Assembly: GCA_051362555.1 (NCBI GenBank)
Contig: CM120641.1
Coordinates: forward strand, 186,001-250,000
Direction: 5' to 3'
Length of the DNA stretch: 64,000 nucleotides
Source: Lingula anatina
Taxonomy: Eukaryota; Animalia; Brachiopoda
The position numbers and the translations under genes were made by a program. Numbering within the stretch: the first letter of the stretch is position 1; the number at the start of each line of letters is the position of its first letter. The notes beneath the pieces were generated by a model. It ran no database searches. It was not told the origin of the DNA and saw only the letters and a list, made by a program, of their open reading frames with translations. Positions 38,301 to 64,000 of the stretch are shown in pieces.

Positions 38301-41300
38301 TTTGATGTGTAAAATAATGTTTAAAAAAAGTTGTTAATAATTTAGGGAATTTCACCAGAGTGTATAATATCCTCCTTAATGGGCAGTCTCTGTTCTAAAT
38401 ATCTAATATGCAGCAATTATTTTAATTTAATTAATATATCATTTTTGAGATAATGTTATTCTTTTTACTTAAGGAAGATGACAGTACATTGTTGGACACA
38501 GTGGGGGCTGTGTGCCTCGACTGCCAAGGAAATATGGCGGCTGCCGTGTCTAGTGGGGGAATAGCATTGAAATGTCCTGGCAGGGTGGGACAGGTATGTT
38601 AACACTGAAATATTAAAATCATAATTTACAATATTATCTTACGTTCAAATTGATATAAAGTTGCTGGGGTAGCGGTAGCAATTTTTTCACTTTGCCAAAT
38701 CACCACATTTTTGTCAATTTGTTATCAAAATGATTATGATTTGGCTAAAACATGTCAAATCAAGCCCTTTTTCTTTAGCCAATTTACGTAAGTTTTAGCA
38801 TTTGGCTAAATTGGCGAGTGTTAGCGCTACCCCAGAGTTGCAAAACCATTGTAAACATTTGCTTTCTTAAAGGTACATATGAATTGAGCATTGATGGAGC
38901 GTGGATTCCCAGTAACACATATAAACCACTTCTACTAGTTTCTTATACAACTCAAATAAAAGAGTTGAAAACTGACACTTCTTTAAATTTATGGCTGTAA
39001 ATTTGACCTACTTTTCTGACCTTCTTTATCTGCCCAGTTTTGTACAGCACAGTAAGCAAAATTTGTTCAAATATCCTTTTTCGGCTAATATGAAACAATA
39101 TCTTTCGGTGTTTCTTTAAGTGATACTATTTGAAAATATGTGTTGACATTTGGTCGACTTTTGTAGCAAAAAATTGAGTTCATATGCATCTTTAAGTAAT
39201 TGTTGTAAGTGTTATTGAAAATGAACACGGCAAGTATGCATATTTGTCACTGCTTCTTGTATGATGATGATGATGATGGTTTTGTTTACAAATGTATCTC
39301 ATTTGATTTAGAAACTGAATTTTCTATATTCTGTTTCCCAATAATTAGGCAGCAGTGTTTGGTTGTGGGTGCTGGGCTGATAATATTAAAGATGTCACAC
39401 CTGGCGTGGCAGTCAGTACTTCAGGTAAATAGGTCTTTAAAGTCAAAAATATATACTTAAAAGTACTTACAATTATTGATTATAATGATTTGTACTTTTG
39501 TCTTTCAAATAAATATTGGCAGCTAAATGACTTTTAACAAATTGTTTCTTTGCTCCATTTTTTTTAAAACACGCAAAAAAATTTTCCTGTGATCATTGCT
39601 CTATGGAACAATGACAGAAGTCCCTCACCCTCACTTTATTAAGCCAGTTTTGGGTGTCTTTCAGGCTGTGGAGAGCACCTCATCTACACCCAGCTGGCCA
39701 GGGAGTGTGCCCTTGAGGTCAGGGGAGCAGACGACATTTCACAGGCTGTGACAGATGTTTTCTCCAGGCAGTTTATAGGTAGTCAGGTTTACATTTCACA
39801 ATCACAGGCATTATATGACCTATGTATGCAAGAACATTTTTCTGCATTTTAACTGTATGAAAGATTGGGTGAATGGTTGCTGGGTTTCATTTGAAATGTT
39901 CTGAAGGGGGTAAAATTCAGTGGAAGGGGTTTCTCTTTCTTTTAGCAAGAGCAGACCTGTAGCAGTAGGCATAGCTAAAAGGTAGGTAGTCCAAAGTTTT
40001 GTTGGTCCAAAGGTTCATTGGTTCCAAAAAGAGTATGTATTCACCTTTGATGAACTTTACCAGTAACTATACACTGAAGTCATGCATTAATTAGACCAAC
40101 ATATCTTTGGAGCAGTGAACCCTCTGGCTATTGCTACAGGTCCTTTTAGCTATGCCTACTGCTACAGGTCCCTTTAGCCATGGCTATTGTTACAGCCCCC
40201 TTTAGCCATGGTTATTGCTACAGGTCCTTTTAGCTATGCCTACTGCTACAGGTCCTTTTAGCTATGCCTACTGTTGCAGCCCCCTTTAGCCATGGCTATT
40301 GCTACATGCCCCTTTAGCCATGACTACTGCTACAGGTCCCTTTAGCCATGCCTACTGCTACAGGTCCCTTTAGCCATGGCTATTGCTACAGACCCCTTTA
40401 GCCATGGTTATTGCTACAGGTCCTTTTAGCTATGCCTACTGCTACAGGTCCCTTTAGCCATGGCTATTGCTATTGCTACAGGTCCTTTTAGCTATGCCTA
40501 CTGCTACAGACCCCTTTAGCCATGGTTATTGCTACAGGTCCTTTTTGCTATGCCTACTGCTACAGGTCCCTTTAGCCATGGTTATTGCTACAGGTCCTTT
40601 TAGCTATGGCTATTGCTACAGGTCCCTTTAGCCATGGCTATTGCTACAGACCCCTTTAGCCATGGTTATTGCTACAGGTCCTTTTAGCTATGCCTACTGC
40701 TACAGGTCCTTTTAGCTATGCCTACTGCTACAGGTCCCTTTAGCCATGGCTATTGCTACAGACCCCTTTAGCCATGGTTATTGCTACAGACCCCTTTAGC
40801 CATGGCTATTGCTACAGGTCCTTTTAGCTATGCCTACTGCTACAGCCCCCTTTAGCCATGGCTATTGCTACATGCCCCTTTAGCCATGACTACTGCTACA
40901 GGTCCCTTTAGCCATGGCTATTGCTCTAGGTCCCTTTAGCCATGGCTATTGCTCTAGGTCCCTTTAGCCATGGCTATTCCATACTTTGTATCAGGTTTAT
41001 ATTCAGGACCTATTCTTATAGCTTTATGTGGTAAGCTGATTGATCTTTTTATCTCAGTACAATGGGTTTTCTCATTGTTACAGAATCTGATATGTTATCC
41101 GACCAGCTAGCTAAGAATGGTGGTGCTATAGTTTTAAAATTTAATTTAATTTAATTTATTTAATTTTTACAGCATCTGATATGTTATCCGACCAGCTAGC
41201 TAAGTACGGTGGTGCTATAGTTTTAAAACTTAATTTTATTTATTTAATTTTTACAGAATCTGATATGTTATCTGACCAGCTAGCTAAGTATGGTGGTGCT

Positions 41301-41958
41301 ATAGTTTTAAAATACTCAAGTAGTGCAGCAGAAAGAAGAGAAGGTGAGTCTGTCCTGTGTTTTCCCTCTACTCAACTTTTGGTTTATTTTAGTAGGAACA
41401 TGGCTTCCTTTTAATACCACATTAAAACCAGATTCTAATATTTGAAATCACCAGGTCAGTGTGACCAATAGCCAGAGTTGTACAAAGAAAAGAAAGCAGT
41501 TTTATAGAGATGTTAAAATAAGTGAAATATCTTGATATTGACATTGCAGTTGAACTAGTTTGGGCCCACACTACAGAAAGTATGTGTATAGGTTATATGA
41601 AGACGGGGGAACATAAACCAAAGGTAAATTTTGAATATGTGGATCAATGAAAGGAATCTGTAAATGTAATAGTATTTTTTCACGACTTTTGTATTGAATA
41701 TTTGGTGTTACTTTTAAGTCAAATTGAACTGTTTTCAAATAATTAATCAATTTAAAATTCTGTTGATGGAAACAGATACTTTGCATGTTTAAATTATACA
41801 TTTTTGAAAATGTTTAATTTTCTAATGTATTTGTTGTCACAAGACTATTGTTTCAAAACACTCCCTGTCCTTTTCAGGTACATATCAGCCGTATGCCGTC
41901 CACCTCTACCGTAGGACAAACAACCTCTGTAATGGGAAAATATTTTCATCTCAGGTAG
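35367..41958 (+). CDS. TASP1: Threonine aspartase 1; exons 35367-35409, 36048-36115, 36598-36666, 36918-37038, 37279-37363, 37759-37838, 38060-38163, 38474-38593, 39349-39424, 39665-39778, 41257-41343, 41550-41623, 41878-41958
   Basis: [51 protein letters not shown], autocleavage site [54 protein letters not shown]; 13 phase-consistent exons. Confidence 0.96.
38664..38835. mobile_element. MITE family copy 2 (TASP1 intron 8)
   Basis: Ends CTGGGGTAGCG / CGCTACCCCAG; flanked by AGTTG direct repeat; similar to 29149-29321. Confidence 0.8.
40126..40978. repeat. 28-bp minisatellite, about 30 copies, TASP1 intron 10
   Basis: Variants of TGCTACAGGTCCYTTTAGCYATGSCTAY repeated head to tail. Confidence 0.95.
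41078..41312 (+). repeat. Triplicated TASP1 exon 11 acceptor and exon start
   Basis: TTACAG|(A/C)ATCTGATATGTTATC.GACCAGCTAGCTAAG.A.GGTGGTGCTATAGTTTTAAAA three times; exon starts at 41084, 41173, 41257. Confidence 0.95.
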
Positions 41959-44900
41959 CAGGACCACAATGAAGAAATTAAAAGGAAGTAAAATCTGAGT
42001 CTATGAATATTTGGTCAGGCCAGTTTGTGCATGGTAAATAATACTTTGACTTCTATATGAATGTTAGTAGCTAGGAAGAAAAGTGTAATATTCAGTGTTG
42101 TTGCAGCAGAGGCAAAAGCAACTTTGAGAGCAACACTGATCCAAGAGAGCTGAAAGTATTGCTAGCATTGAACAATATATTAATGCTAACACAGCTACAA
42201 GACAGGGAGAAGAAGATAGCAAAGAACTCATTATCCAAACCATTCTCAAGACTAATTTTTGAATAGTGATTAATTCCTTAAAGCTGATGTTTTTTTCCCT
42301 CTATCAGCAACTTGTTTCTTTCTGCATGATCACTTAAAAATCTATAATGCATTAATGATATTAAAATAGTAGTGTCTCGGTGTTAAAGGATATATGAGAC
42401 CAATATTATTTATGTATTCATTGTATTTTTTTCCCTGAAAATCTAACATTGATGACTTTTAGATCCTACACTAAAAGGAACTTTCTTATCAGAGTTTTTT
42501 CAATTCCACTTACGTGACAAAAACTTTAACAAACAGGTCACCAAGTCTTACTTTGGCTTTCTTTTAAAAACATTTATTTTGCAAAATTGATATGATAAAC
42601 GTGATGTTTTTAATGGAAATAGATATATATTCCTAAAAGGAAGTAGTGTGATTCACAAGAAAAACTGAAAATAGTCAAATAACAATAATAATTAGATATT
42701 CAAGACAATGAGATGCTAAATCAGGTATTTAGTGAGGTACGGACACGTTTTCATAATCTGACCTTTGAAACAGTGACCACATTGTTCAAAGAAGACAGGG
42801 ATTCTGTCCTCAAGACAGATTAAATATTTTTGATAAGTAATCATAATATACTCTTCTGCAGCAAAGTGACTATAAAGCAGTTATAAATTACAGTAATAAC
42901 ATGAAGAACTAAGCTGTTAAATGGCTGGTTAACAATTTAATTTCAATATGAAACAAAACTGGTTTCGATGAACTTTTCACTGACCAATGAAAATCCTAGT
43001 GTTCAATTTGCAGGAAAATATATGTGCATCCCTTCTACTGTTGCTAAGGGAACACTTGATTTGCTAAGAAATAAACTACTTTACCCTGTTAGTGGTACCT
43101 GCATCAGTGAATACAAAAACTGCATGCAAATATAATCTTCATGTGGCATTATAACAGCCCTTCAAGGTCCAGTCTTATACTTCAATTCAACCACAGTTAA
43201 TATATATTTGTACATAAATCAGTTCATCTCCAATCTTTTGTAAAATCCCTTTTTAAATCCACAAAGTCCATGCATTGTCAGCTACAGGTGCTCTTGGCCA
43301 AATAAAACTTGGCTCACAATGGTGTCCCTGCCAGCAGAAACATTAGTCTTTTTCACAATGTTAATGTTTTACTGGCAAGTACACTGTCTTATCAGGATAC
43401 AAATTCTAAGCCACATTCAGCTATTTTTTTTAACCATTTTAGGGCTAATTTCTAAAAATGGACAGCTTAACAGCAATGAAATTGCAATCAAATTGGTAAC
43501 TGATGGTCAGCTGATTATCTTATCTTAAAAACATTTTCTTCATTGATAAATGGTGTTGAATGCAGTTTATGTGAATTCACGCATTCAACAAGGAATTGAT
43601 GAAATATATGGAATTACAACAAACACATCTAAATGAATTCAATGACAGATTAAACACATTCAAAAAGTGCCAGTCCTTTTTCCATACACTGGATATATTT
43701 GATATAAAAGTAATCATAACTAATGTCTTTCATAAAGTGTAAGTTATTTAATTCTTAAGCATTTATATAAAAATAAAAAGCCTTAGGACTGATAAATCTG
43801 AACATGATTCAAATGAACATCTATATGTAAAAAATAAAAATAAAACTTGTCCAAAGGTGCATAAATACAGAAAACCTTCAAAATTCTTTTGAGAAAAGGT
43901 TTATGCATTTTAATGCAGCTGTAATTGTAACCCAAATAAATTCATATATATGCACTCTATATCAAAATTTATAGGACTGGAATAAAACTTTTTAAAACAT
44001 AATTAACATTAACAGCAACAAAAACAAAATTCCCCGCCTTAAAGTTTTCACAACAACTCACAACCATTCATCTTTTACATTCTAATCTTTGTATCACAGG
44101 CACATAAAATATCCTCCCAGCAACTTATATAACAATGCATAATGATAAATAACTTCTTGGTGCATACTTGACTGATGGAACATATTTGGTGAATAAGATA
44201 TGGAGTCACAAGCAATATATTGATTGTCGTGATGGTAGATGTGGTGCGTAAAAAAAAGAAGCTCATAAAACCATATGGTGACACTGTCCATCTTAGTTTA
44301 TTATTTCACCTTGATAATAAAACTTCTCCCTTCTCAGAACTGAGGCTGCTGTTGACCTCTGATCTCCATCAACCTTCAGGCTCCTTTCCATTTGACCTCT
44401 GACCTCCACCAATCTCCAGGCTTTTGACTGTCCAGTAAGAGCTGAAGCTGCTGTTGACCTTTGACCTCTAGTATTCAGGGGGAGGATGATGTCCACCATG
44501 GGGTCCTCATCTTCATCTTGTACACCACTGGACAGCTCAGTGGCCTGGAACACAGGGAAACAGAGCACGAGATAGAATTACTCACCAAACTTGCACGCAT
44601 AGGAACCTATTAAACCTTTCAAACTGAAAGCTTTGTCTTAAAAATAAAACCAATTTTAAAATCTGCATCACCAAATTTTGATACATTTACAGTGTATGAA
44701 AACTTATGACATCATCAATTAAGCACTATACATTTTATAGCAAAATCCTGCAAAATAATTTAAACTGTATCAACAACATGATAAATTCCCTTTTTGAAAA
44801 TATTCTTCAGCACAAAATCAAACCAACCAAAACTAATAAATTGACAACCATCTCCAAGTAAACCATGTCAGCACAGCGTAAACTGGATATACTTACAACA

Positions 44901-45844
44901 AATTTTGAAAATTAAAAAAGTTCTTGATATAAAAATTTAAGTCAAAGTGATATTAATAAATCAGAATTAATTCTTTCTACAAAACAAAACTTGGGCGATA
45001 AAAAAGACCACTGTAAAGCTTACAGTTAAACTGGTTAAGCTAATGTATATTTTCTAGAGTTCTTAGTTTACACACTCTGCGTGTGTGCTCTATGTCAATA
45101 TATCTGTGTACCTACCAGCACCTACCTCAGCTAACTGTGACTACATCTTCAACTGGTGACTTGGGTTAGACTTGAAAAGAAGAAAACACAGGCAAGTGCA
45201 GCTATGCAGTGAAATAGCAAGTGAGGCTAGGACTAAGTCCTAAAGTGAAAGCACTGGTTCTGGCAGACGTTTTATCAAAATATTATATCTCCTCTTCCTC
45301 CTATAACAGAATACTATGTGGTACATAATTTTGCACGCAGGTGATTCACCAATGTTTATACTATATGTCCTGCAATTCAACAGAATTAAAAATATTTTCA
45401 GCTGAGAAATCTGTCTTGGATTTCCAATCAAAATTCAGATTTGATCTCTCACTGCCAGCACCAGTATTTATTGCTGTAATATTTAATTGCTGAGGCACCT
45501 GTATTATATGCATCATCTGCAGATGGTAAAATTGAGTGTGGCAATTTCATGTAATGTTAACTCTGATGTAAATCATACTTTCAGAAACAAACTCTTCAAC
45601 ATTGCACCATTTCAATCAAGTGCACAATCAAATCTACAGCCCTTCCTACCAGTGATGAGGCATCTTGTGTCTATCTTTTCTCGGTTAAAACTGATGTCCC
45701 AATGTAACTGTGTAAGTGGAAAATGCATGCAAATGAAATACTCAGAAATCTCATGCTATTACTTCAAATCCAACTGCAAAAATGCTCCCCTGTGTCAAAT
45801 AAGCACACACCACCCTACTGGCAACATGAGTGTGTGCCAGAACT

Positions 45845-63449
<17,605 letters not shown>

Positions 63450-64000
63450 CTGAAATAGGACAAATGATTCTGTAAAAGTAACAAACAATGAATAATTCAG
63501 GGAGTGACAGAAAATATGGCTGCCACCTGAGATTTTCAGGGAAATTGATTTTCAAATTTACTGCCATTATTCTGCAATATGAGAAGGTAAAATTGCAGAT
63601 TATGAATTTTCATTATTTAGTCATTATATTGCAGGGGGGTAAATTTCTCTGCAACAACTTTATGTTCATATTTTATCTATTTATTCATTTTTTTTTTCAT
63701 TAATGGGCTGACCCAAAAATAAGTTTTGTTTCAGCCAAGAAGTTGGAAAAACATTTACTTAACTGAAATTTAAAAATAAAACACTGATAAATTTGCCAAT
63801 TTTTTCTGAACAATTTCAGCTTCTTCAGCCACACTAAATCTTATCATTTGACAAAGCTTTTGTGTGAGCCTAGGATAATTACTTTTCAGGTTTCCCCAAC
63901 AAATAAAAATCAATAAATGAATGACTGAAAACTGCCCTCTCCAAGTTTGTAGTATTCATGCTGAATTTCTCCATTTTTATATCTTTGCAACTTTGTATAT

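Overview
Intron-rich, AT-rich animal genomic DNA with GT-AG spliceosomal introns. Gene and transposon content suggest an invertebrate, possibly a mollusc (inference). Genes reconstructed by hand: 5' part of a Pro/Gly-rich, probably SEC24-family gene (-) head-to-head with DCTN5 (+); an NNMT/PNMT/INMT-family methyltransferase (-); two paralogous short death-effector-domain (DED)-like genes (+); GLO1 (+) with a duplicated last exon; intronless TAMM41 directly downstream of SDHAF1 (-), head-to-head with TASP1 (+); and most of TTLL5 (-). Mobile DNA: a full-length two-ORF LINE with target-site duplication and a 2A-like motif, a decayed Tc1/mariner element with perfect TIRs, and several MITEs. Most notable: (1) SDHAF1 and TAMM41 appear to share one transcription unit; (2) both GLO1 last exons carry the catalytic Glu and differ only synonymously over 20 codons; (3) at least seven tandem duplications straddle exon/intron junctions and multiply splice sites; (4) the DED-only pair keeps NF-kB-type sites. 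All splice models come from sequence and remembered homology, not transcript data.
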